From the NCBI GenBank assembly GCA_030632085.1, contig DAOVJY010000001.1, positions 66,125-130,124 on the forward strand: a DNA stretch of 64,000 nucleotides, given 5' to 3'. The notes beneath the pieces are model-generated. The model did not search any database, had not been told where the DNA came from, and saw only the letters and a list, made by a program, of their open reading frames with translations. The position numbers and the translations under genes are program-made. Positions 20,078 through 28,820 of the stretch are shown piece after piece. Source of the stretch: Candidatus Omnitrophota bacterium (GTDB taxonomy: Bacteria; Omnitrophota; Gorgyraeia; JAGLLT01). Each line of letters starts with the position of its first letter. Position 1 is the stretch's first letter.

Positions 20078-20112
20078 AAAGGAGTAAGTATAAAACTTAC
20101 TCCTTTTTAAAT
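20078..20112 (+). terminator. rho-independent terminator (GGAGTAAGT-ATAAA-ACTTACTCC + T-run)
   Basis: 9-bp perfect stem followed by TTTTTAAATTT, 27 nt after the TPR gene stop. Confidence 0.6.
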
Positions 20113-20138
20113 TTACATTTTTGCCTTTTAATCAATCC

Positions 20139-20324
20139 TCAGCCGGCTTTAGCGCGCAATTTCTCTTGCTTTTTTATTATATCCTTAGAATAATATTTTC
20201 TTAGTTTATTCCATTCAGATAGCCACCTTAACTTATCCTCTGAAGACCACTTCGAATATTCTATTATCTTATCTTCTTCTACATAATATTCAAACCCAAT
20301 ATTTTTATTTTCTTTGCTATTCAT
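20139..20324 (-). CDS. small hypothetical protein, possible partner of the upstream nucleotidyltransferase
   Basis: 61-aa ORF overlapping the upstream gene by 8 nt. Confidence 0.3.
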   Translation of the reverse strand: MNSKENKNIGFEYYVEEDKIIEYSKWSSEDKLRWLSEWNKLRKYYSKDIIKKQEKLRAKAG

Positions 20325-20811
20325 TTATTTTCTCCAGATATCTAACATCAGAATAATCCTGCATTCTTCCGGTCTTTTCTTTCATTTTTATCAAATTTTT
20401 CACTCCTACTACTGGAATTATCGAATTAGCCAACTTAACTTTTTTTACATTTTTTATAGCCTTATCATAATCTACCGGAGAATCAATAACGATATCAATT
20501 TCTTTAACTATTGCTTTAGGATTTATAAGGCAAAATGCTTTCATGTTCTTATTTTTTATCCAGTCATCTCTTTTTTCTTTTATTGCAAAATCCATAATTT
20601 CGACAGGAACCTTCGGCTTAAAACCCCATAACTTAAATAAATTTAGTAATTTCTTTAAGTTATTATCATCCATTTTAACAAGGATGTCTATATCATAAGT
20701 CATACGGGGTATTCCCAATAAATTCACAGCAATACCGCCGCAAATAATATATTTGATTTTCTTTTTATTAAACTCTTTAAATATTCCTAGATAATCAAGG
20801 TCATTAATCAT
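20317..20811 (-). CDS. minimal nucleotidyltransferase-fold protein (AbiEii/MNT-like)
   Basis: ICGGIAVNLLGIPRMTYDIDILV resembles the GG...D.D nucleotidyltransferase core. Confidence 0.45.
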   Translation of the reverse strand: MINDLDYLGIFKEFNKKKIKYIICGGIAVNLLGIPRMTYDIDILVKMDDNNLKKLLNLFKLWGFKPKVPVEIMDFAIKEKRDDWIKNKNMKAFCLINPKAIVKEIDIVIDSPVDYDKAIKNVKKVKLANSIIPVVGVKNLIKMKEKTGRMQDYSDVRYLEKINE

Positions 20812-20962
20812 TTTTTTATGTCTACCTTCAAGTTAGTATAAGTATATCTTATATCTTAATGTCAGTCAAGACGATTGCTATCAAATTAGCTCAGATTGAA
20901 TGCCGCCCGAACAGAAACCTCTATACTCTACCATACTTATCTACAGGCAAAAGACTTACTAA

Positions 20963-21274
20963 CTAAAGCGCTAAGGCAAATTTAATTGCTTCATTAATAG
21001 AATTCATCTTTTCCTGCCTTAGTAGACATATACGTTCCTTAAGAATTGATTTTCGTATAGTAGTAATTGTATCAAGATTCACTACGCATTTTTGAGGTAA
21101 TCCATCTCGTCTATCTAAGGGCACTTCTGTAGGGATATTATGTATAGTTGTAGTTACCTGCGCTATAGTTGCAGCATTACGGACATTATAAGCTTCATCG
21201 CAAGAAAGCAGAATGACAGGCCGTCTACCAATTGGCGCAGGTTGATCTGCCCACCAAATTTCTCCTCGTCTCAT
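20963..21274 (-). CDS. PemK/MazF-family endoribonuclease toxin
   Basis: RGEIWWADQPAPIGRRPVILLS N-terminus typical of MazF/PemK; locally higher GC than surroundings. Confidence 0.7.
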   Translation of the reverse strand: MRRGEIWWADQPAPIGRRPVILLSCDEAYNVRNAATIAQVTTTIHNIPTEVPLDRRDGLPQKCVVNLDTITTIRKSILKERICLLRQEKMNSINEAIKFALAL

Positions 21275-21534
21275 TTTAAACCCTCCTCCTGAAATGCCTC
21301 TGCTGCAGCTCTTTCCATTGCTCTTGTCTCTTGCATGGATTCAGGTTTTTTCTTATAACCTGCTTCATATCTTCTAATCATTTTGTCAATATTTTTCCGC
21401 TTAAGCCAGAAACGGATAGCTTGATCAATAATAGCACTGCGGGCAAGGCCGGTTTTCTTGCGAATTTTCTCTATCTCTATATAGTCTTTTTTCGGTAAAC
21501 TAATAGCTATTTTAAATGAATTTTGCATTTGCAA
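21271..21534 (-). CDS. ribbon-helix-helix (CopG-like) antitoxin
   Basis: 87-aa ORF overlapping the MazF-like gene by 4 nt; FKIAISLPKKDYIEIEKIRKKTGLARSAIIDQAIRFW fits the RHH beta-alpha-alpha fold. Confidence 0.55.
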   Translation of the reverse strand: MQMQNSFKIAISLPKKDYIEIEKIRKKTGLARSAIIDQAIRFWLKRKNIDKMIRRYEAGYKKKPESMQETRAMERAAAEAFQEEGLK

Positions 21535-21548
21535 TTACCTCCATACTT

Positions 21549-21570
21549 TAGTATGACTATTTTCATACTA
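21549..21570. promoter_or_regulatory. inverted repeat TAGTATGA-N6-TCATACTA overlapping a TTGACA/-10 promoter and GGAGGT RBS of the RHH-MazF operon
   Basis: perfect 8-bp arms; on the minus strand TTGACA-18-ATACTA precedes GGAGGT and ATG. Confidence 0.4.
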
Positions 21571-21614
21571 TTTGTCAAGTAAAAATCTTAAATTAAAACT
21601 CGAATAATTGGATT

Positions 21615-21639
21615 TTGTTCGAGGCGAAACCTCGAACAA
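21615..21639. repeat. GTTCGAGG hairpin element (TTGTTCGAGG-CGAAA-CCTCGAACAA)
   Basis: 10-bp perfect stem; same element at 30224..30244 (opposite orientation) and 59423..59447. Confidence 0.6.
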
Positions 21640-21657
21640 ATTGGAAGATTAAAAAAA

Positions 21658-21732
21658 CTATTTTTTTGAGGATTTTCTTTTAAGTCCCGCGACACCAAAT
21701 AAACCTGTCGCTAAACTACCTAATAAAATCAT
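21658..21732 (-). pseudogene. remnant of a PEP-CTERM sorting domain (MILLGSLATGLFGVAGLKRKSSKK)
   Basis: nucleotide stretch TCCCGCGACACCAAATAAACCTGT parallels the 3' end of PEP-CTERM gene 22842..23534; encodes TM helix plus basic tail but no PEP motif or upstream domain. Confidence 0.35.
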
Positions 21733-21761
21733 GTGAACACCATCGCAAAATCAAGTCAAGC

Positions 21762-21796
21762 GAAATAAATTGTGATTCTAGGGGAATATAATGCTT
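21762..21796. repeat. 35-bp conserved intergenic element GAAATAAATTGTGATTCTAGGGGAATATAATGCTT (copy 1)
   Basis: identical to 23776..23810; both lie upstream (minus strand) of PEP-CTERM coding sequence or remnant. Confidence 0.6.
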
Positions 21797-21968
21797 TAGA
21801 TTATTATTCTTTTGCGGCTTTTTATCGGAAGGAACCCTACTGCTGAACATAAACGCGCATATTCTGAACCTATACCCTGATACCCTTATGGTGCACTAGC
21901 GGGCAAGGCAACTAATCCTTAACTTGTTTTTAATCTGATATTCGCAGGCGCCTCAGAATTATCTTCTC

Positions 21969-22649
21969 TTAAGTAATCTTTCCATTCTTTTTCTTCTTGC
22001 AGGTAACTCCAAAAAGGCCAACTAATCCCGTTCCCAAAAGCATTAGCGAAGACGGCTCGGGCACCGGTTGATAATCTACATAAACATTATCAATGTAAAC
22101 CTCAGCCGTAGAAAACTGCATCGCCGGCGCTGTAGCCCATAACACCATTTCAAAAGATTTTGTTTCAAGAGGCACATAAGCATTTTTAAAATAATGCGTC
22201 CAATCAATATTTTCTTCTATCGGAACATCAAATATCATTACGGTGCTAATGAATTCCGCGAGGTCTGCGGGTATCTCTGCTGAATAAAAATCTATCTTAG
22301 CATTAACGGTCGCGTAGTAGTCAACATTTTCAGTCTTTACGTCAAGATCAACATAAAGGAGTTCCTCCGGCCGAATATCAGAATTTACAAGCTGATAATA
22401 ACCGCAAAACTGTGAATAATCGACCTGCCAGCTAACGTCAAAGTAAAAATATCCCGCCCAGCTTGAATCGTATCCCGGGCTTACAACATTATGGGTGAAA
22501 TTCAAAGAAGGAGACGTAAAGGTATACCAACCCGTCTCGTCGCCTGTCTCAAAATCACCGTTTATAAGAAGATTAGCCTCAACAAAACCCGCTATGGCCA
22601 TAAGTATAACCACAGCCAGTATTAAACTTAAAAAAAATGTTTTTCTCAC
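21969..22649 (-). CDS. PEP-CTERM domain secreted protein
   Basis: signal peptide; C-terminus PVPEPSSLMLLGTGLVGLFGV + KKKK basic tail. Confidence 0.75.
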   Translation of the reverse strand: MRKTFFLSLILAVVILMAIAGFVEANLLINGDFETGDETGWYTFTSPSLNFTHNVVSPGYDSSWAGYFYFDVSWQVDYSQFCGYYQLVNSDIRPEELLYVDLDVKTENVDYYATVNAKIDFYSAEIPADLAEFISTVMIFDVPIEENIDWTHYFKNAYVPLETKSFEMVLWATAPAMQFSTAEVYIDNVYVDYQPVPEPSSLMLLGTGLVGLFGVTCKKKKNGKIT

Positions 22650-22841
22650 TCTTGTAACCCCTTTTCAATACCAGTTTATTGTTCAAGTATTTTATTTGCA
22701 TACTACTTAATATACCAGCTGTTAAGAAAAAATCAAGAGTGTAAATTTGCCTTTCTTGGGGATTTATTTGCTTAAAATACGCAGCATTAAGACAGGTTGT
22801 CTTTTGCTTAAACGTTGTTTCTTCGCGTAGTTACAAAGTTG

Positions 22842-23534
22842 TTATTTTTTTCTTCTAATTCCCGCGGCGCCAAATAATCCTGTAATTCCAAAAAGAAAAA
22901 GCATCATGGTGCCGGGTTCGGGAACTACTGATACGTCTGTGCTTGTCACGCTGCCTCCAATATAGACGCCGGTTAAATCTTCCACTATAAAGTATGAGTC
23001 TCCAGTTGTCGGCGGCACTCCCGGAATGCCGAGACTCGGGGCAATGACAGTACTATCGGTCAAGGCCAAGGCTGTAAAGGTCAGCGTTAGTGCATGCAGG
23101 TCAGTCTGTGGCTGCGACATCCCATGCAAATAAGCAAAACCAGGGTAAAGCTGAATCCAGGCATCCCCGTCCGCGTAAGTTGCGTTCTCGCCTGTGGAAC
23201 CTTCCCAGGCATACATAGGAATGTCATTAGTTGGACCAGACATAGCTGTAGTCCAGTCATAATCGCCATTGACTGTGCTGGCGCTGCCGTTGAAGCCGAT
23301 GTAGGCGGGATCCCATTCCAAGAGCAACTCGATGTCCGACATCGTGACCGGTGACCCATCTGATGATTTCAACCACAGTTCCAAGTCAAAGGTCTGCCCG
23401 ATATCGACAACAAACCCCGTGAGGCTTATCTTTTTCGGTGTCAGTATTACATCAACCGTAGCGGCCCGCGCGCTCACACCAAGGCCCAGCATCAGGCCTA
23501 TCGCCACTACACAAATTATTATTAATTTTTTCAT
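22842..23534 (-). CDS. PEP-CTERM domain secreted protein (start moved to MKKLIIICVV signal peptide)
   Basis: C-terminus VVPEPGTMMLFLFGITGLFGAAGIRRKK; ORF-track start at 23657 precedes the signal peptide by 41 codons. Confidence 0.7.
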   Translation of the reverse strand: MKKLIIICVVAIGLMLGLGVSARAATVDVILTPKKISLTGFVVDIGQTFDLELWLKSSDGSPVTMSDIELLLEWDPAYIGFNGSASTVNGDYDWTTAMSGPTNDIPMYAWEGSTGENATYADGDAWIQLYPGFAYLHGMSQPQTDLHALTLTFTALALTDSTVIAPSLGIPGVPPTTGDSYFIVEDLTGVYIGGSVTSTDVSVVPEPGTMMLFLFGITGLFGAAGIRRKK

Positions 23535-23775
23535 TCCTTTTCCGTTGTTTTCCATTAAAGGTATTTTTTTCATGCTTCGGGGTCTCCTTCTTTTATAAAC
23601 CGTCATTATTAATAAATAAAATATTGTACTCTTTGATATCGCGTTCAGTAAACTCAATAATTAAACCGGCAAATATACAAACCGTTTTACCGATCTTTAG
23701 TTTATTTCCATATATCGCCCTTAAGAAAGGTGACAGTAAATTAAATATAACATCATCACAAAAAAAAAATCAAGA

Positions 23776-23810
23776 GAAATAAATTGTGATTCTAGGGGAA
23801 TATAATGCTT
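23776..23810. repeat. 35-bp conserved intergenic element (copy 2)
   Basis: identical to 21762..21796; flanking AAAATCAAG also shared. Confidence 0.6.
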
Positions 23811-24107
23811 CAAATTATCATTTTTGCGCCCACTTTACCGCGAAAAACCTGCTGCTAAAATCAGGCCTAAGAGACCGCAAAATATACCCGTCACCTATAA
23901 AATAATCAAGAAGGTTATTTTGCTTTTCTATGAGATTTTTTTGTTGCTATTTATTCTTGATTATTCTTACGCTACAGTCTTTCATTAATATGGCTCCTTA
24001 TAAAATAATACGGTAATAATCGTTCTAAATAGTATCTTTATATCAAGCCAGAGTGACTGCTCATACATATAAGCAATATCAAGGCTGGTTTTTTCTTTTG
24101 AGAGGGT

Positions 24108-25051
24108 TTAGCCCCCGCCTCTGACTCCGGAGGCCTGGGCTAAACCCGTTAAACCGGGCCTTAAATAGAGCCTTCTTTTGTCCCAGTGTGAATAATCCTG
24201 CAGGAATTCATAAGTGTCCGGCCTGGGCACAACTAAAGACATATCACCTAATAAAACATTAATCAATTGAGGCAGTTCATCTATAGACGTCCGCCTTAGA
24301 AAGGCCCCTGTTTTAGTAATCCGCTGATCATTTTTAGCGGTCATTGAATGGCCCTTACCGGCATCAGTCTTCATAGTCCTGAATTTAAACATCATAAAAG
24401 GTTCGGCAAACCGCCCCATTCTTTTTTGAATAAAAAGTACCGGCCCTTTGGATTCTCTTTTTATAGCGATGGCTACCCCCCAGAAATAAGGGTGATAAAA
24501 TTATTAATCCAAAGAATGAACTGATGACATCCATGTCCCGCTTACCTACGGCTTCCTAGCCGGCCATAGCGATACTCCTGGTGCCGATAACGGGAACGCT
24601 TCCTATCTCATCAAACTCTAAACATCCCGGAGCGACTTCATATAAACTCGGAACAATCTTGACATCCACGCCTTCGATTGAAAGTTTTTCAAAAATACTA
24701 TTTAATATTCTCTTTGAAGGTAATCGGCCGGTTAAAACCACATAGGTAGCTCCCTCTTCTTTTACAATTTTAATCAGGTCTTCGGCTTTTCCTAAAATAC
24801 CTTTTTCAGATAACGCCGCCGCTTTTTCCTTGTCCTCGTCTGAAAGTTCATCATCACCTCCGACGACAAAACCGCTTAACTTATAAAGCATCTCAGGTGA
24901 TTTCTTATAGTCTATCGCCAGGCGCCTGGCCGAATAAACTCAACCGGCTTCTTAAAATATAGGCTAAGCTATAAGTAACTGTAATTAAAATCGTATCCAT
25001 GGCTACCATGGTAAAAACAAATAATTTTCTTTTTTGAAATATTTTCTTCAT
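24108..25051 (-). pseudogene. polyprenyl glycosylphosphotransferase (bacterial sugar transferase, EpsB/WbaP family) disrupted by nonsense, frameshift and deletions
   Basis: C-terminal catalytic domain KGPVLFIQKRMGRFAEPFMMFKFRTM...DELPQL...LVVPRP...PGLTGLAQ intact in one frame; TM helix DVISSFFGLIILSPLFLG in another frame across a run of six C/G at about 24477..24482; in-frame TAG at 24556; N-terminal MKKIFQ...TM segment in a third frame; total length about 940 nt versus about 1400 expected. Confidence 0.65.
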
Positions 25052-25068
25052 TTTAGTTATTCACCCGA

Positions 25069-27339
25069 TTATTTAATTAATTTATCCGTATCTACTCTGG
25101 GTGCCTGAGGCGCTAGGCCGTACATCGGATCACCTATAAAAATGAGCTTCCAGGGACTTGACCAGGAACCGGAATCTTTCCTTAAGCATTGCGAAAGAGG
25201 CCTGCCGAATAATAAGTCGGCGGTAATTTCCGAAGGTGTATTAAAAGACTGCACATAGGGCTCACTAATCGAACCAAAGTATATATAAGCGCCGTTCTTT
25301 AACCACCTGCCGGCAATGGTATTTTCATCATATGGATTAGCGGCCGAGTTTGAATGCGTATAAAGAATAATAGCCGGAACCGATTCGGGAATATCCTCTA
25401 CGCTAGCCTTTGAATTCGACAAACTCCAGTCAGCCGGGCCGCCGGACGAATTTATAAATATCATATCATAAAAATTGCCTTTTTCTTTATTTAATGTCTG
25501 CCATCTTTCTAATGTCGCTTCCCCTTTGTCCAGATTGGTCACCCTAAAAGAGGTGCTTAACAGGCTCGCCGGCACATCCGTCCTGTATTTTACCCAGTTA
25601 CCTTTATCTTCATAACTATTAAAAAATAAGATGTCCCGCGGCTGCAGGAAAATAGCGCACATGGCCTGGTATATGGACTCATTGAAATTACCCGCCAACC
25701 TGCCGACATAAGCGTTTCTTTTATTCTGCTTGTTCCTGGATAAAGCATCATCCATGGAATATCTGCCCGGGCTGGTGGTTTTTTTAAAGTCATAAGCGTA
25801 GGGAAACTCACCGGCGATAGTCAGATAATCAATGCCGTCTAAAAGCCCCTCATAAGGATAACCCCAGGAGGTAATGGTCGCCTCCACCTTATCCTTTAGA
25901 ATACGCGCCTTTACTACATTGACAACCTTCTCATTCTTACCTACAAAGGGAAGTAAATCAAAACACTGCAGCCTGGCTGACGCCAGAGCCAACCCGCCGG
26001 CCATCTCACCCGAATTAATATTAAATAGAACCATCCCTAAAGGTATATGCCCGTTAGTATCAAAGAACTCTTTTATATTATCCTTTGAATAATCGGTTTT
26101 TATTTCACTTAAAATATCTTCGCTATTCCAGCTGGTACATAAGGCGCGGTAAAGCATATTCTCATCAACATTACCCGCTATAATCACGGAACGTACTTTT
26201 TTAACCTCGGCCGGCTTAAAGGCCTCAATAAACTTATCATTTAATTTAGAGTCCTCCAGCAACACCGGATAAATTTTACGCTCATCCCATAAAGAAACAT
26301 AATAGAGATAGGTTTTAATATCAGGCACAAGATAGACAATATTTTCCACTTCTCTCACCTGATATAATTTCTGTCGCCGGGGCGGCCAGACAATCATGCT
26401 CTCAATTAAATCCCGCGCTCTATCGGCATACGTACTCTTAGGATACTTCTCTAAGATTTCAATAAACCTGTCTAAACCCTTTTTATATCTTCCTACCTGA
26501 AAATAATAAGCCGCCTGAATATCCAGGAGATAAGGTATTCTGCCGTCAAGAGGATATTTTTTTACATATTCATCTATATGATTAAAGGCCTCTTCTTGCT
26601 TTTGCTTAACTAATTCAACCCTGATTAGCTCAAATTCATAATCAGCGCCCGTAAGTTTTTCTAAAATAGATATGGCTTCATCTAACTTGCCATTTACTAT
26701 TAACTTTAAAGCCTTAATATAATCAAGCCGGCTCTGATAAACGTCTTTGTTGAGTATATCTAAATCAATCAGCCTTATGAAGCAATCCCGGGCGTCATCC
26801 AGTTTGCTTTGCTTAATCATTATATCGCCTAAATCCTTCAAGGTTTTAATTTGCTTATCAATGCTTAGTTTTTTTAAGTTACCGGGTTGGGCACGTTTCT
26901 TTAGAGTGAGCAGAGTATTTCTGTTTTCTAAGACATTGCGCGTCTTACTTATATAAACATCTACTTTCTGCAAGCCGCAAACGCGGTCAATTTCTTTAAA
27001 GTTATTGCCGGCGGAACTTAAGAAAATCAGCGTCGGATACTGGGTGATATCATACTTTTTAAGAAAATCTTTATCTAAAATTGAAACCTGCACACAGACA
27101 AAAGCATTGCATAATTTCACCATGGCCTTATCAGCCAAAGGCCCGCTTAAAAGTTCGCTTGATAATTCATCCCAGTCGGTTTTAGCCAAAATCATCATAT
27201 CCTTGTTGGCCTCAAGAGCTAACTGAGAAGCCTTATCTATCTCAAACATCCACTTAATCTCTTCAGCCGCCCGCGCCCTAAAACTCAGACAACTAAATAT
27301 TACCGCCGCTATTAAAAATACTCTTAGTATCTGTTTCAT
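25069..27339 (-). CDS. large hypothetical secreted protein with TPR-like helical region
   Basis: 756 aa, signal peptide, central helical-repeat region; no catalytic motif recognised. Confidence 0.5.
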   Translation of the reverse strand: MKQILRVFLIAAVIFSCLSFRARAAEEIKWMFEIDKASQLALEANKDMMILAKTDWDELSSELLSGPLADKAMVKLCNAFVCVQVSILDKDFLKKYDITQYPTLIFLSSAGNNFKEIDRVCGLQKVDVYISKTRNVLENRNTLLTLKKRAQPGNLKKLSIDKQIKTLKDLGDIMIKQSKLDDARDCFIRLIDLDILNKDVYQSRLDYIKALKLIVNGKLDEAISILEKLTGADYEFELIRVELVKQKQEEAFNHIDEYVKKYPLDGRIPYLLDIQAAYYFQVGRYKKGLDRFIEILEKYPKSTYADRARDLIESMIVWPPRRQKLYQVREVENIVYLVPDIKTYLYYVSLWDERKIYPVLLEDSKLNDKFIEAFKPAEVKKVRSVIIAGNVDENMLYRALCTSWNSEDILSEIKTDYSKDNIKEFFDTNGHIPLGMVLFNINSGEMAGGLALASARLQCFDLLPFVGKNEKVVNVVKARILKDKVEATITSWGYPYEGLLDGIDYLTIAGEFPYAYDFKKTTSPGRYSMDDALSRNKQNKRNAYVGRLAGNFNESIYQAMCAIFLQPRDILFFNSYEDKGNWVKYRTDVPASLLSTSFRVTNLDKGEATLERWQTLNKEKGNFYDMIFINSSGGPADWSLSNSKASVEDIPESVPAIILYTHSNSAANPYDENTIAGRWLKNGAYIYFGSISEPYVQSFNTPSEITADLLFGRPLSQCLRKDSGSWSSPWKLIFIGDPMYGLAPQAPRVDTDKLIK

Positions 27340-27352
27340 CTTTAACCCTTTT

Positions 27353-28027
27353 TTAAGGAAGGTAATCCTTTAGTATTGGAATTACTAACTTAGAAAAATC
27401 CTTTTCTTTTTCTAAGGCTTCTTCTAAATCCGGACGATTAAGGCATGAAACTCTAACTATGGAAGCCCGCATTTGATTTGTCAAGACGGCACTTTTAATA
27501 ACTGCCATCTGATGTTTAAATTTATCGCTGTAAACCTCATCACCAATCTGAAACCAGAAAAGAATCATCTGCTCATTGCGATCTCTTCTAAATACCCTTT
27601 TAGCCAGTTTATATTTTTTGCCGGCAACCTCAACTACTTCTGTGCTCTTTTCTTCTATCCTCCAGCCCTGGGCCGGATAGCAGACATCCGGATTATGAGT
27701 TGAAGTCCCTTTTCTGGATGTAAAATAAGCCGCGTAAAGCTTTATTCTATTTCCCTTGCTATCTTCATACTTTCTTAAAATAAACTCTTCCGCCTTTAAG
27801 GCATCGGCCAGCCAGTCGGGGTATTCTAAATCAGGGGCTTTATAATCACCTATACTATAAGGAAAGTTATTTAAGTTAAGCCTGTTTATTTCAGGTTTTT
27901 TTGAAATTAAACCCGTCTTAACTATAAAAACAGTTATAACTAAAAGAATAACGGTTATCCAACCCGTTTTTTTACAATTAAAAATAATAAATACCTTAAA
28001 ATCAACTAAATCCCTTATCTGCTTCAA
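27353..28027 (-). CDS. EpsI-family exosortase-associated protein
   Basis: N-terminal TM helix; THNPDVCYPAQGW matches the H-P-x-x-C-x-P-x-x-GW signature of EpsI (TIGR02914-type). Confidence 0.6.
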   Translation of the reverse strand: MKQIRDLVDFKVFIIFNCKKTGWITVILLVITVFIVKTGLISKKPEINRLNLNNFPYSIGDYKAPDLEYPDWLADALKAEEFILRKYEDSKGNRIKLYAAYFTSRKGTSTHNPDVCYPAQGWRIEEKSTEVVEVAGKKYKLAKRVFRRDRNEQMILFWFQIGDEVYSDKFKHQMAVIKSAVLTNQMRASIVRVSCLNRPDLEEALEKEKDFSKLVIPILKDYLP

Positions 28028-28820
28028 TTAATTTAAGCGTGTTCTCTTTGGTAAAAACAACATTATCAGCATCATTTTCAAGAAAGTTTTCCACATCCTT
28101 ATGAATCAACTTCCAGTCTGCTTCTTTAACAACTTTGTATAAAAATTGACGCCAATTTTCACTATCAGGCAACTGCCCTTGATAATCAGTTTGCCTCAGG
28201 GCATTTACCAAAAAATCAATATTAGGTACGCCATCTTTCCAGCGTGATAAATACCAGCATAAATCAAAATAATCACGCCCTTTAGTATATCCCCTACTCA
28301 AAAGAGCATGAATCTTACCGGCTAATAAAGAAGGTAAATCATAAAACATAAATGATAAAGGGAAATACTTGTTAATAATCTGGGGCTTAAATCCCGCGCC
28401 TGAAGGCGGATTAGTATCAATATCGATTTTAATTGATAAAAGCTGTTCTTTGTAAGGACTAAGTCCGGCATCCTGCATCAACTCTTTAAACTTCACTAAA
28501 GCGTATTTAACATTTCTTTCCTCATTATATTTAATTGAAACCGCGTAACCTGCCAGGATTAATTCCTTTTTAAGCTTATTGATTGACTCGGTAAAAGAAT
28601 TATCATCGGGCTTAATTAGAGAAAAGTCTAAATCTTCAGAAAAACGGGGCAAATTATATAGAAACCTTAAAGCTGTTCCGCCTAAAAAAGCACTATTCTT
28701 AAACATCTCATCAGTATGCAGAACTCTTAGAATATAAGCCTGCAAATATTCTCTTAATGTATTTAGCTTGGCATTATACCCCTGACAAGCAGAGGCTAAT
28801 TCCAGCGCGTAGTCTTTCAT
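28002..28820 (-). CDS. AbiEii/AbiGii-family nucleotidyltransferase toxin
   Basis: FLGGTALRFLYNLPRFSEDLDFSL nucleotidyltransferase core. Confidence 0.7.
   Translation of the reverse strand: MKDYALELASACQGYNAKLNTLREYLQAYILRVLHTDEMFKNSAFLGGTALRFLYNLPRFSEDLDFSLIKPDDNSFTESINKLKKELILAGYAVSIKYNEERNVKYALVKFKELMQDAGLSPYKEQLLSIKIDIDTNPPSGAGFKPQIINKYFPLSFMFYDLPSLLAGKIHALLSRGYTKGRDYFDLCWYLSRWKDGVPNIDFLVNALRQTDYQGQLPDSENWRQFLYKVVKEADWKLIHKDVENFLENDADNVVFTKENTLKLIEADKGFS

Noticed and set aside
24556-24558. In-frame TAG in the sugar transferase as evidence of stop-codon reassignment
   Set aside because: The gene also carries frameshifts and deletions.
25069-27339. Clan CD (gingipain/clostripain-like) protease assignment for the C-terminal half of the 756-aa protein
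   Set aside because: No convincing His-Gly / Ala-Cys catalytic dyad context could be found by eye.
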